Both the position numbers and the translations under genes were made by a program. Below are positions 1 through 15,270 of a DNA stretch of 64,000 bases, one piece after another; the stretch's first letter is position 1; each line of letters begins with the position of its first letter. Under the pieces are notes generated by a model. That model saw nothing but the letters and a program-made list of their open reading frames with translations, ran no database searches and had not been told where the DNA came from. Origin of the DNA: the human T2T-CHM13v2.0 reference genome, Homo sapiens; NCBI RefSeq assembly GCF_009914755.1, contig NC_060944.1; one strand, 5' to 3'.

Positions 1-1118
<1,118 letters not shown>

Positions 1119-1199
1119 TGTACGTATGGATATGCAAATCACACACACACATACATGCACACACCCACCCATGCAAACACACACACACATACAAAATAT

Positions 1200-3270
1200 A
1201 TGTCTTGGCCAAGTGAGGTTTATCTTGGGAGTACAATAACAGTTCAACACTTGAAAATCAACGTAATCTAACATATTAACATAGTAAGGAAGGAAACCAA
1301 ATAATCTTATTAATTGATGCAGAAAATGCACCTAACCACACTCAATATTCATCTATGTTTTTTTTTAAATGTCTCTCAGCAAACTAGGATTAAAAGGCAG
1401 CTTCCTTAACCTAATAAAGGGCATCTTCAAAAAGCCTACAACTAACATTATACTTAATGGTGCAAGAGGGAGCTTTTCCTCTGAGATTGGGACCCAGGAA
1501 AGGAGGTCCACTATCACCACTCCTTTTCCACATTGTACTGCAGGTCTTAGCCACTGCAATAAGTCACGAAAAGAAATAAAAGGCATACAGATAGGAAAGT
1601 AAGAAATAAAACTGTCCCTATTCCCAGACAATATATAGGAAATTCCAAGGAATCTAAAAACAAAAAAAGAATGAATAGGTAAGTTTAGCAAGGTCACAGA
1701 ATACAAGGTCAATGCATAAAAATTAATCATATTTTTGTATACCATCAATGAACAATTAGAAACGGGAAATTTAAAAATGGTACCATTTACAACAAACCCC
1801 CAAATTGTAAAATATTTTGGTATAAAACTAATAAAACATATATGGAATCTATATGCTGAAAACTACAAAACACTGATAAAAGACCTAAATAAACAGAGAG
1901 ACATACCATACTCATTGATTGAAAGACTCAACATAGTTAAGATGTCAATTCTCCCAAACTAATGCAATTCTAATCATAATCACAGCAGGAATTTTTCAGT
2001 AGATGTAGACAAACTGATTCTAAAATTTATATGTATAGGCAAAGGAATTAGAAGAGCCTAAATAATTTTGATGATTAAAATAATGTTAGAGGGCCTACAC
2101 CACCCAATTTTAACATTTGCTATAAAGGTACAGTAATAAAATCAATGAGGTATTAACAAAAAGACAGACCCATAACAGTGGGACAGAACAGAGAGTACAG
2201 AAAGAGACACATAAACATGGTCAATTGCTTTTTGACAAAGTTGCAAAAGCAATTCAATGGAAAAAAGTCTCTTCAACAAATAGTGTTGGAACAATTGAAC
2301 ACCTATGTGAAAAAAAAGCTGAACCTCAACTTATACATCATGCCTTACATAAAATTAACTCAAAATTATCACAAATGGAACATTTGAGACAAAATCTCTA
2401 AAAACAGGAGAAATCTTCATGTCCTTTGGTTAGGCACAGAATTCATAGATATGACACCAAAAGCATAATCCACTAAAATTTTTTTATAAATTGGGCTTTA
2501 TCAAAATTTAAAATGTTTGCTCTGCTAACAGAGTGAGAACACAAGCTACCTGTGGGGACAAAATATTTGCAAGAAATATATTTTACAAAGGACTTGTCTT
2601 CAGAATATTCAAAGAACTCTCAAAAATCAAGAAGAAGGCAAAAAATTTAAACAGCCACTTTACCAAAGAAGATACATGAGTTAACAAATAAGCACATGAA
2701 GAAATGTTCGACATCATTAGCCCTTATGGAAATGCAAATTAAAGCCAAGATGAAACCATCACATGCCTATTAGAATGGCTAAAATTAAGAAGGGAAAATC
2801 AAATATCATGTACTGATAAGGATGGAAAGCAACTGGAACTCTCATATATTGTTGGTTGGAAGGAAAATGGTACAGTCACTCTGTCCTTTAATAATTGATA
2901 AGCAAATTGTGGATTATTGACACAATGCAATAAAAAAGAACAAACTTGATACACACAACAGTATGGATGTATTTCAGAGTCATTATGCTGAACAAAACAT
3001 ATCAGTATTAAAAGGTTACATACCATATAAATTCATTTATATGACATCAATATGGCAAAACTATAGGGACAGAGAATAGATTACTGGTTTCCAAGAACTA
3101 GCGGTTAGGGAAGGTTTGTCTCTGAAGGGGTAGCATAAAAAGTGTTCAGAAGATCATGGTACCATTTTGTATTCGATTCTTGTCATGGCTATGTGACTAT
3201 TTGATATGTTAAAATTTATAAAACAGTATACCAACAAGCCGATGTCACACTATGTAAGCTTTTTTAAAAC
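1200..3270 (+). mobile_element. Old L1 (L1ME/L1MD-like), ORF2 3' half plus 3' UTR
   Basis: ORF track gives L1 ORF2-like peptides ([17 protein letters not shown]; ERLNIVKMSILP); A-rich sense strand; L1M-type 3' UTR. Confidence 0.85.
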
Positions 3271-3284
3271 CCAATGATAGAAAA

Positions 3285-3600
3285 TGGTAGAGGAATGTTT
3301 ACAAAGTTCTGAATGCAAATCCCAGAATTGTATAGCTAGCCAAGTTTTCATTTGTATATAATAGCAAATCAGAGACATCCTCAAGAATGCATGAGCTCAA
3401 GGAACGTAGCAGCAATGAGCCATTCTTGAAAAAAAAGTTCCTATTTAGGAAATCCAGCCAATAAAGAGATAAGTCAAAATAAAGATTTCAGGAAACAAAA
3501 GGCCTGGTGGTGTGCACTGAATGTACTTAAATACATAATTAAGATTAAACAGCTCCAGTAATAATTATGATTGCCAAAAAATGTTGACAATATAAAAATA
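3285..3600 (+). mobile_element. Degenerate L1 ORF1/HAL1-like fragment
   Basis: 'cccagaattgtatagctagccaagttttcatt' resembles the ORF1 C-terminal PRILYPAKLSF-coding motif. Confidence 0.5.
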
Positions 3601-3604
3601 ATTA

Positions 3605-3802
3605 CCAGCTTGGACAACATAGTGAGACCTTGTCTCTACAAGAAAAAAAGATGAGAAAAAGCTGGGTGTGGTGGCATGCACCTGTGGTCCCAGCCACCTA
3701 CTTGGAAGGCTGAGGTAAGAGGATCACTTGAGCCCAGGAGGTCAAGGCTGCAGTGAGCCATGATCACACCACAGCACTCCAACCTGGGTGACAGAGAGAG
3801 AG
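3605..3802 (+). mobile_element. 5'-truncated AluJ
   Basis: End of left arm plus right arm with 'ggatcacttgagcccaggaggtcaaggctgcagtgagcc'. Confidence 0.9.
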
Positions 3803-4019
3803 TATCTATATCTATTGTCTAATAGTAATAATAATAATAATTAACAGAAATTGACAAGTTGGGGAAGAGAAAATAAAAATAATTATAAGGGTGCTAATAT
3901 CATCGTATCTCTTAATAGGGAATACTCCATACTCTCTAGAATAAAAATATAATTAAAAACTATGCCAATCTCTTGTGTTTTATAATTTTTTTCCTTAAGC
4001 TTAAAAGGATCTTTTGAAA

Positions 4020-4292
4020 AAGTTTTTATTTTGAAATAACTTAGAACAGTTGAAGAATTACAGAAAGTTGAAAATGCAGTACAAAGAATTCAGTATGCCC
4101 TTCATCACTTCCCCTAATGTTAACAATTTACATGACCATAGTAAAATTATCAGAACCAGGAAATCAACATTGACACAGTACCATTAACTAAACTACAGAT
4201 CTTATTAAAATATTGCCAAATCTCCCATGGATGTCTGTTTTCTGGCCTAGAATCCAATCCAGGATCCTACATTGCATTTCATTGTCCTATCT
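4020..4292 (-). mobile_element. L1MC4/L1MC5-like 3' end
   Basis: 'ccaatccaggatcctacattgcattt' and 'ttcccctaatgttaacaatttacat' are typical of this 3' UTR read antisense. Confidence 0.7.
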
Positions 4293-4819
4293 CCTTAGTA
4301 AATTTCTTAGAGAAATATCAGGAAATAGTAACTCTTGGGTAAAGTCTCCTCCAGGAGACTTTGCTTCTAACTCTTTGGCCAGAATGATCACTCCTAAGTG
4401 CAAAAGAGGCTGGGAATGTGAGTATTTATCCTGAAGATATGAACATTACAGATACCGAGAATCATGATTCTTTGAGTAAGGAAGAAGGGAATGCATATAT
4501 TTTGACTAAGCAATTAACAATTTCTGCTAAACAGGCATAAGATTAACAACTCCAAACTATGTCAGTGAATGGGAGCTACAGACAAGTGGGTACATTTGAG
4601 ATATTTAGGAGGTAAGATAGGCAGAACTTGGTAAATGATTAGCTGTCGGATGTAGGGAAGAGGGATGAATGAAGAATGTGTACCAGATTCCTGTGTTGGT
4701 AGAATACGTGAATAGGGATGCTAGGATTGGAGAAAGGAAATGCCACCTGCTATTTTCTTGGAGCTCCCAGTATATTGAACAATATTAGAAAAGTGTTCCT
4801 TAATTTTTAAAATAATAAT

Positions 4820-5130
4820 CAAAACAGCTACCATCTAATAAGCCCTTACAATGAACTAGGCATGTTACCAAATGCTTTATATGCATTATCTCATTTAGTC
4901 CTTACAACAACTCAGTTCACTTAATCTATTTCGGTCACTGGAATTTCACCAGCGCCCAGAACAGCACCCAACATATAGTAGGTGCTCTGTGAACATTAAA
5001 AGAAGGGTGAAAGGAAGGAAGGATTATCATCATTTTACAGGTGAAAAAATCTGAGAGTCAGAGAAGTTAAATGACTTAGTGAGCTAAGCCTGGACATCTG
5101 TAGAATGGAGGATCTCAGAGTTCAGCTCAG
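4820..5130 (-). mobile_element. MIR interrupted by an L2 3' end (~4915-5010)
   Basis: 'gctttatatgcattatctcatttagtccttacaacaac' and 'cattttacaggtgaaaaaatctgag' are MIR core antisense. Confidence 0.65.
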
Positions 5131-5239
5131 CTCTGTACTTCTTCACCATGATTTACCACCTTCCCCTTGAAGACATGAAGCTCCCACTCCATCAGAGAAA
5201 ATGGAACCACAAGAAAGTTAGAATCCTTCCAGACACCAA

Positions 5240-6047
<808 letters not shown>

Positions 6048-6070
<23 letters not shown>

Positions 6071-6190
6071 TGGATGGGTGGATATAATGGATGGATGGAC
6101 AGACAGCCAAACACATGGATAGATGAATGCTATAGATGAATAGATAGATGCTATGTGTGGGTAGAAGGATAAATGGATAGACAGATGGGT
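6048..6190. repeat. Degenerate (TGGA/GATA)n simple repeat at L2 tail
   Basis: Repeated gatg/tgga/taga motifs. Confidence 0.8.
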
Positions 6191-6931
6191 TAACGGCTTT
6201 CTCTAGATCACTTATGCCAGAGGGTTCTCCATCTCATATTCCCAGGTTTCCTGGCTGGCAGCCCCCTGCTGCAGTTTTTATTACTCCTTCCTGCGCTGAC
6301 AAAGACAGCCTGGTTGGATCTTACCTGGGCCCACACTGCTGGGAAAGTGGCCAAGAGACTCCAGATCTGACTTGGGTATGCAGCAGCAGGAGATTGTGGG
6401 CTGATGTGGAAATATCCTCTCCTGGGGAGAAGGTGGGCCCATAGCAATTATGCAACAGAAAGGGCTCTTGAAGTAAATCTGTCTTGCACAAACAGGTTAG
6501 AGTTAAATTTGACCTGAGCATGAATCACGCTGTCAGTTTCCCATTCAACCACATCACTGAGCTAGCAACCTCTGTGAATGCTACTATTTATATAGATACA
6601 AATACATGTATTTATACAGACAGAGGTATGTGCGCAACTGAAGCTTTCTGATTAATTGTATCCTTGGAGAGAAAGACTTCTTTTTATAACTCCTCCTTTT
6701 ATGCTCAGTAAAAGCTGGTTCAAGGCTACAGAGAGGGAAGTCCTTGAAGGACTGAGGGGTGCCCAGAGTGGGAGGAAAGATCAACAATTCATTCAGCAAA
6801 CATTTCCTGATGCTTACTCTGGGGCAGGCACTTAGAAGTGTTAGTGGGGTGGTGAAGGGTGTGAAAATTAATAACATGCTTTTTGCCCCCATGTTATTCA
6901 AAGTCTGGTGGGGCTGACTGACACACGGAAG

Positions 6932-7190
6932 GTTAGTGGGTGGTTAAGGATTCAGACTTTGAAATCAAATAGGTGGGGATTCAACTCCCAGCTTCACCAT
7001 GTACTTGCTGTGTGACCTTGGCAAGTTATTTAAGGTCCCCGAGCCCAATCTCTCATCTCCATGGGTAACAGATGCAGATATTATATAGATATATAGATAG
7101 TATCTACCTGCTAGAGTTTTTGTGAGCCTGGAATAAGACAGCAAATGTGAAGCCTGACGCAGAGTAAACACTCAAGAATCATCATCATCA
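6932..7190 (+). mobile_element. MIR
   Basis: 'cttgctgtgtgaccttggcaagttatttaa' core. Confidence 0.75.
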
Positions 7191-7410
7191 TTGCTTCATA
7201 GCTAACCTTTTTCAGTGTTTAGGACGTGCCAGGTACAAAAAGCACTTACAGGTATTAACCCACTTAATCCTCAAAACAACCCTCGGAGAGTGATATTATT
7301 CCCCATCCCACCCCATTTTCTCAGATGAAAAAGTATGACACAAAGAGGTTAAGTGATTTGTCCAAGGTCACACCTCTCCTAATTGGTGGAACCAGGCTTT
7401 GAACTCATAA
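7191..7410 (-). mobile_element. MIR
   Basis: 'aatcctcaaaacaaccct...agaggttaagtgatttgtccaaggtcacac'. Confidence 0.8.
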
Positions 7411-7859
7411 TACCAACCTGGGTCCAGATGGTTACAAGTCCACCCCAGGTTTTCTTTAGCACCCTTTTGGCATCCTTTTCGAAACTGTGCTGATCCTCCG
7501 GCCAGCGCCTTGAGGACAGAGAGGAAATTGCTTCTTTGATCATTAATTATTGTTACCTGCCAGGTATTTCATATATAGGAGAAGCAGTATTGTGTAGTGT
7601 TTATGGTTTGAATCTATGCTCTTATCCCACATTAAAGAAAGAATTAGAAACAGTAGTAATAAGATGAACAATCTAACTTAAAAGGCATCGTACAGGGGAA
7701 AGGCTTTAGCTCAGATCAGCTTCTGGTACCATCTACGTGCTACCTGACTTTGGGCAAATCAAGTCCTCTCCAATGCCCTTTCAGCTACTCTCAGCACTTT
7801 GCTTATTTAATAAACACTTCTCTGGTCATCCTTCTGAGCATGTGACTAATATTAAGTTT

Positions 7860-8020
7860 CATATAATCTTATCAGATAGGAAGTTAGTATATCCCCATTC
7901 CGTGGAAGGGAAAACTGACACACAAAGAGGTCAGACAACTTGCCTAAGGTCAGACAGCTGGTCAAGGGCAGAGCCAGGATTCAAACCAAGCAGTCTAGCC
8001 CCATGCTCAGTCTTCTTAAA
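7860..8020 (-). mobile_element. MIR
   Basis: 'aaaactgacacacaaagaggtcagacaacttgcctaaggtcagacagc...caggattcaaacc'. Confidence 0.7.
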
Positions 8021-10109
8021 CATATGACCCTGTCCTATCACATGCACCCTATCACATTGTATCCACCCATCGACCCACAGTGGGTAAATAGTATCACCGC
8101 CATTGTACACATGAGGATGCTGACGCTCAGGGAGGAAAGCCACTCACCCAAGTGCTCTGACTTGTAAGTGGCAGTGCCCTAAGATCAAAACCTCAAAACC
8201 AGGTCTGCCATGTGTTCTTCCCACAGCAGCCAGCAGGATTTTTCTATCAGTCCACTTTCCCGGTCAGGTTTATTGGCTTCTCCTTGCTCTCAGGATTAAG
8301 TCCAAGGGCTTTAATCCAGTTTAACAGACCTTCAAAGATGTGGCCAGCAAATGTCTCCCACCCTGTCACTCACCACTCCCCCTCACACTACCTGAGCCAA
8401 ACTGAATAACAGGCAGCACCTAAAGGTGCCAGACTCTTTCCCAGCAGAACCAAAATCCTGTCCTTGATTCTGCCGGGAAAGAGAGGCTGGCACCTTTGGG
8501 AGCTGCCTGTTATTCCCTCAAAGAGCCTGGCATCTCCTACTCCATAGCTGTCCCCAAATTCCTGTGACTTCCATGGGGCTTTGCCTGGTCCACTCTGCTG
8601 ACCATGTGCGCTGACCATGTCATTGTCTCTGACATCCCCGTATCCTCCCAGACCCCATGTGCAGCCCCTCACTGGGTTCCATGGGCAATCCAATCACGGA
8701 AAGTTTTAAACAAGATCTAGGGGTGAGTTCATGGGGAGGTGCTCATAAGGAATGGGACAGTGGCTGGCGACCAAGGTAGCCCCAGCATCTGGGACAGGGT
8801 CTGACCGTGGAAGACTCTCCATGGGAAGGAACAAAGTGGGGATAGAGAATGCACAAGCACACTGGCAGCACCCACCCGTAACTACTCCCAAGTCATTTCA
8901 GAACCAGAATACACTCCTCTCTTTGTCTCAGTTTCCACATTATTGCAATCACATCTTAACATTGAAGCAATGGTCTTGAGAGTCTCCTACTCCATCCACC
9001 CCCAGGAGCTTATCAGTTTATATCAACTTATTCTTTTAATTCGGCTCTCTGAAAACAAATCATGCCCACCCCTTACCCTAATCCAATAGAAACCAAATCT
9101 GTGCAGTGCGACCCAGGCATTCATAATTTTTATCTACCTGCTCCCACCTCACCCCCCACTCCTAACCATTTTCCCCGCCCTTTTGTGGTTAAGTGTCACT
9201 GGTCTCTCAGTCTCTTCCTCAAGAAAGTCTTCCCTGCTGTCATTCCTCAAATCAAGTTGGGTGTCCTTCCTCTAAGCTCCCACAGCACTTACTTTCTCTT
9301 ATACTCTGAACCTCGAGTTTTTAAACTCCAGACTAGTCTTATTATCTGTGAGTTTTTCCAGAGTCTAGAATGATGCCTACCATATTGTAAAAGAGCTTAA
9401 TAGCTATGGAATAAATGAGTGAATTCAACTTTGAGGATGCTTCCCACTTTTCACTCTTGTAATTAACAGTGAGTAGCTCCATAAATATGCCTTTTCCTGT
9501 GTTTTAGAATATTTCCCCAGAAGTAGGGCTCCTGGGACAAGGATAAAGACTTGTGTGTCTCTCACTATAGTGTAGATGCCTCACTCACACTTTTTCCTTA
9601 CTCCTTTCTAACAAAACCCTGCACATGTCACCTATAGAGTTTGGGCAAGATTTATTAAACCTTCACACCATTGAGTGAATCCCTGATTTAAATCCAACTG
9701 GGATGTCCTTTCACTCCCCACACCCACACCATCCATACCAGCCACACCCCACATATACACAGAGTGAGGGACTTAGGGGTGATCACGTGAACAAAGCTAG
9801 TCCAATGAGAGTCAACCAGACTCAGGTCCAACCCTTCTTTTTAATTGACAAATAAGAATTGTATATATTTATTGTGTACATGATATTTTGAAATATGTAT
9901 ACAATTGAAGCTCCATATCCATGGTTTCCACATCAGTGGATGCACCCAACCATGGATCAAAAGTAATAGGAAAAAAGCAATAAAAAATAACAATACAACA
10001 ATGAAAAATAATACAAATAAAATATAGTATATTTACATAGCATTTACATTGTATTTGATACTATAAGTGGTCTAAAGATAATTTAAAATATACCAGAGAT
10101 ATGTGTAGG

Positions 10110-11654
10110 TGTCACAGGATCCTTGGGGTGTCGCTTTTCCAGCCAGAAACCTCTGTGGCCAGTGGCACCTTTGCTCAAGTTTTGCTCAGGCCCACTGGAC
10201 TCGTTCTGCCCACTCAGCCTGGCAAGCTGTGCTCGGCTCATGTTACCAGCCTGGATCCCACACCTGCCAAGGGTAAGCCAGCCATGGAGTAGTAAGGCAC
10301 GTGTGAATAAGCATGGGGTCCAACCACTGTGCACAGCCAGGCATGCCAGCTGCGGCGGGGCAGGCAGCTCCAGGCGCTGGCATGGGTGCCAGCTCTCTGC
10401 GAGGCTGCAGCTGGACCAGGTGTACTGCTAGCAGCTTCCACAGCTGGCACTGGGGAACATGGTGGCGCACAGAAGCTTGGAGATGCCAGGAACCACAGAG
10501 TCCCAAAGAGGATGTCACAGCCCTGGTTCAAGGAGCTACTAGATGTGGGCTCCCCAAAGGGCTGCAGCTCTTCTCCCCTTCTCATTGCCTGCAATGTGGC
10601 ACACAAGGGGCATGCTTCATCCCTGTTTGTGTTACAGGTCTTTCATCACCGCCATTTGATGAGTCCCAAGTTCTTGTCCTGTGTCCAGGAAGAATGAGGT
10701 ACGTGGACAAGTGGAGAGTGAACAAGGCGAAGACGTACTTTACTGAGTGACAGAACAGCTCAGAGGAGCCCACAGTGGGTAGCTCCTCTCCACAGGCAGG
10801 TCATCCCAACATCTGCTCAGCTGTCAGCAGACAGGAGACCTGCAGTGGGTAGCTCCTCTCTGCAGGCAGGTCACCCTGGCATCTGCCCAAATCTGGCTGA
10901 GTCTGGGGTTTTTATGGGCTTCAGAGGAGAGGAAGTGCATGCTGACTTGTCCATGGCTAGTCATGGGTGGCCTAGAGAAAGGACCATAAGTTCTTACTCC
11001 TGCAGAACTGTCAGTGCAGTCCCCAGGCCTCAGGCTGTCCCTGAGCTGAAGGTGGGGTTTCACCAGGGACCCACCCCTTTCCACTCAGGAGCCTGTCCAC
11101 CTCCTGCCACCATTAACCTGCCATGCACGGTGCTCACAATGGCCAGGCTGTTCATGCCAAGGGGTGCCCTCAGGCCTGTGCTGAGCTGCCCTAACTGCCC
11201 CTCTGCCTCCCTCCCATACTTGTCAGCACCCAAAGTCCAGAGGGGGCTGAGGCAGCAGGAGGCTGGCATGTCAGTGCTGCCCCCAAGCACATACACACCT
11301 GGCCAGGTCATGACAGCGCCCAGGCTTGGCCACACCTTTGCTCCAAAATTGGAGTGGGCACCAGGAGCAGGAAGAGGCCAGGCAGTGGGAGCAGGCACTT
11401 CTGAGCCTGTGGGGGTAAGAGGGGCTCCCAGGCCGCAGAGAATGCAGAGATTCCTGGGTCCACAGCCATGGCTGGGCAGCTGCAGCTGTGCCTGGGAGGG
11501 CAGAGCTCCCACCCCTTTAACTTGGATGGGAGCAGGGCTCCTACCTGTTCGTGGCTCCCACCAGCTCCATGGAGTGTGCAGCCCCAGCCACACCTCCCCC
11601 ACTGCAGCTGGTGTCATGGCAGTGGCCACCCCAGATGGGTTGCCACTGCCATCA
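10110..11654 (-). mobile_element. MER52A-like ERV1 solo LTR
   Basis: TG...CA termini ('tgtcacaggatccttgggg' ... 'gccactgccatca'); 4-bp TSD TAGG at 10106-10109 and 11655-11658; GC-rich; repeated 'cagtgggtagctcctctc'. Confidence 0.9.
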
Positions 11655-11671
11655 TAGGTAATATGCAAATA

Positions 11672-12002
11672 TAGTTGTCCCTCAGTATTCTCTGGGTATT
11701 GGTTCCAGGACCCACCTCGGATACCAAAATCCAAGGTTGCTCAAGTCCTTTATATAAAATGGTGTAGTATTTGCGTATGACTTATGAACATCCTCCCATA
11801 TGCTTTAAGTCATCTCTGGATTACTTATAATACCTAATAGAAATGCAAGTGCTATGAAAAATAGTTGTTATACTGTATTTTTATTTGCATCACTTTTATT
11901 GTTGTATTGTTATTGACTGTTCTTTTTTTTTTTAATATTTTTTGATCTGTAGTTGGTTGAATCTGTGGATCCACAGAACCTGCAGATATGGAGGACTGAC
12001 TA
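11672..12002 (+). mobile_element. MER2, complete inner copy in opposite orientation
   Basis: 'tagttgtccctcagtatt...ggttccaggacc...ggataccaaaatcc' through 'gatatggaggactgacta'; TA at 11670-11671 and 12003-12004. Confidence 0.9.
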
Positions 12003-13395
12003 TACTGTCATTTTATATAAAGGATTTGAGCAACCTTAGGTTATGATGTTCTCAGGGATCCTGGAACCAATACCCTGAGGATAGGGAGGGATGACTGTAC
12101 ATAGCAGAATGGCTAAATCAAGCCATGCAACATACATATCACCTCATACACAGTACTCGTCATTTTTTATGCTAAGTGTCTGTGAAAACACAATATCTAC
12201 TCTCTTAGCAGTTTTCAAGAATACAACACATTGTTATTAACTATGGACACCATGTTGTACAACAGATCACTTGAACCTATTTCTCCTATCTAATTGAAAC
12301 TTTATATCCTTTGACCAACATCTTCCATCTCCTACCGTCAGTCGCTGCTAACTACCATTCTTCTCTCTGTGAATTTGACTTTTTTAGATTCCACGTGTAA
12401 GTGAGATCACATAGTATTAGACTTTCTGTGTCTAGCTTATTTCACTTAGCATAATATCTTCCAAGTTCATCCATGTTGTCAAAAATGAAAAGATTTCTTT
12501 CTTTTTCAAAGCTGCATGGTATTCTATTGTGTATATATACTACATTTTCTTTATCCATTCATTCTTGCTGGACACAGGTTGATTCCATATCTTGGCTATT
12601 GTAAATAATGCTGCAGTGGATGTGTGAGTGCAGGTAGGTATCCCTTTGGCATATTAATTTCATCTTGTTTGGATGTATACCCAGTAGTGGTTTTAATTTT
12701 TGTTTTGCTTTGTGTTTTACTATCAGGAAAACACACTCTTCTGAATGGAGCCAGAAGACATAGAGCCCTGGTGCCAGTGATTACAATTTGGTGGCCACAA
12801 AGGGAGATCCTGTTGCTCACTGAGGATTAGCCCCCTCCCCACCGAGGGAGCAGAGGAGAGAAATACCTAAAGGGAGACATCATGGTCACATTGCTGATGG
12901 ATTCATCTTCATTTGAAGCTGGCCCTACCTCTCAGCTTTTTAATTATGTGAGTCAATAAATTCCTTTTCTTGGATAAGCCACTTTAAGTGGCATTTTTGC
13001 TTTCACTTTCAAATATAAGCATGCTAGCTCATGTACAACACGCTGCCAAATTGTTTTTCAAAAGAGTTGTCAACATTTGCAATTAGGCAGAAATTATTTT
13101 GAACCTATTAGATGAGACAGTTGACAGTTGCTTCTGAGAATTCAGTAATTCAGTATATCAGGGGTCACAATGACTCTAGGATGTTGACTCATTCAGTTTG
13201 GACCTTCAATGAGCTATGGAATGGGAAGTGGAGCAATGTCTGTCACCCTCACCCCCACTACCTAAAGGACCAAGTAAATCTTACCAGATGGTGCTGTGAA
13301 ATTTTTTTATGTCTGAAAACTTTAAGAGTAATTTTTGCTAGTTTTAAAAATATGAAACAACTCTTGTTCATTACAGAAAAATAAAAATAAATCTA

Positions 13396-13955
13396 TGTTT
13401 CAACTATCTATTTTTGTGTAACAAACCATTCCAAAATTTGGCAGCAGCTTAAAATAACAATTTTATTATGCTCCCACATTCTGTGAGTCAAGAATTTGGA
13501 AAGGGAACGAGGGGGGTGGGCAATGGCATGTATTTGTTCCACCAGGGAACTTCAGCTAAGATGACCAAAGGCTGGGGTTGACTTGATTGCTGGGGGCAGG
13601 ATCATCTGGAGATGTCCTCACTCACATGTCTGGCAGTCATTCAGGACCTCAGCCTGGGCCATTGGCTGGAATACCTACATATGACCTGTCCATGTGGCCT
13701 GGGCTTGCTCATAGCATGACTACCTTGGACTCCTTGCAAGGAAGCTCAAGACTCCAAGGCTTGTACATCAAAATAACTAGCTAAAGCCTCCTGGCCTTTG
13801 ATGTCCTAGCATTCGAAGTCACATAGCATCACTTTTCCAGCACTCCAGTGGACATTTAGTCACTAAGGTCACTGCAGATTCAGTGGGAGAAGACGGAGAC
13901 CCTATTTTTTGCTGAAAGGAGCATCAAAGATCAACTTGCGGGCCTATTTTTAAAT
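13396..13955 (-). mobile_element. MaLR LTR (MLT1H/I-like)
   Basis: 'tgtgtaacaaaccattccaaaattt...gcttaaaataacaa' and 'ctcactcacatgtctggcag'. Confidence 0.7.
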
Positions 13956-14084
13956 ACCCCAGGATTCCAGCAAAAAGAGGACAATAAGCAACAATGCAAC
14001 CCTGCCCACCCAGAGATCATCACAATCAACATCTTCATGTAAACTTTTCTGGATACTGCTTTGTCGTTGATTTTTATAAAGCTG

Positions 14085-14480
14085 AAATAGTTTTAGTGGA
14101 GACTCTTTTACTTGAAAGTGAGAGAAACCCAATTCAAACTAATGTAAGCAATAAAGGAAATATATTGGCTCATAGAACTGAAAAATCTCAAGGGGCTGTC
14201 TTCAGGAACAGGTGGATCCAGGAGCTCAATAATATCATGGATCTGTCCCATTCTCCCTCTTGGCTTTACTTTCCCTTGGTTTGTTTCATCTGAAGCAGGT
14301 TCTCCCACATGGTGGCAAAGAGGGATCTGACAGCTCTTAGCATGCATGGTTTTTAGAACTTATGCCTGCAGAAAGAGAGGTGTTTCCCTCCTGAGAGGTT
14401 TACCATCATCCTAGGATCCTTCATTGACCTAGCTTGAGTCATAAGCCCAGGGGGTACCCTAATGACATGGCTTGCCCAGG
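14085..14480 (-). mobile_element. MaLR LTR (MLT1K/J-like)
   Basis: 'aagtgagagaaacccaattcaaact...tattggctcatagaactgaaaa'. Confidence 0.65.
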
Positions 14481-14499
14481 AATATCTTGAAGAGATGAA

Positions 14500-15270
<771 letters not shown>

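Larger units (their letters stand above)
9902..12097 (-). mobile_element. MER2 (Tigger-family MITE), outer copy in three pieces (9902-10109, 11659-11671, 12005-12097)
   Basis: TA duplications at 9900-9901 and 12098-12099; ends '...cctggaaccaataccctgaggatagggagggatgactg'. Confidence 0.88.
9836..12690 (-). mobile_element. L1MA7/8-like 3' end (9836-9901 plus 12098-12690), split by MER2
   Basis: 'ttaattgacaaataagaattgtatatattt...aaatatgtaTA' rejoins 'TAcatagcagaatggctaaatcaagc' to restore the L1MA 3' end. Confidence 0.85.
9775..13030 (+). mobile_element. Old MaLR LTR (MLT1J/K-like) in two pieces (~9775-9835, ~12720-13030), host of nested insertions
   Basis: 'gtgatcacgtgaacaaagctagtccaatgagag' upstream; 'tatgtgagtcaataaattccttttc...aagccactttaagt' LTR 3' end downstream. 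Confidence 0.6.

Noticed and set aside
10845-11734. Longest ORFs in the window (270 aa plus strand, 224 aa minus strand)
   Set aside because: Both lie almost entirely inside the GC-rich MER52A LTR, overlap antisense to each other, are Pro/Gly/Ala-rich and resemble no protein I recognise. This is expected from low stop-codon density.
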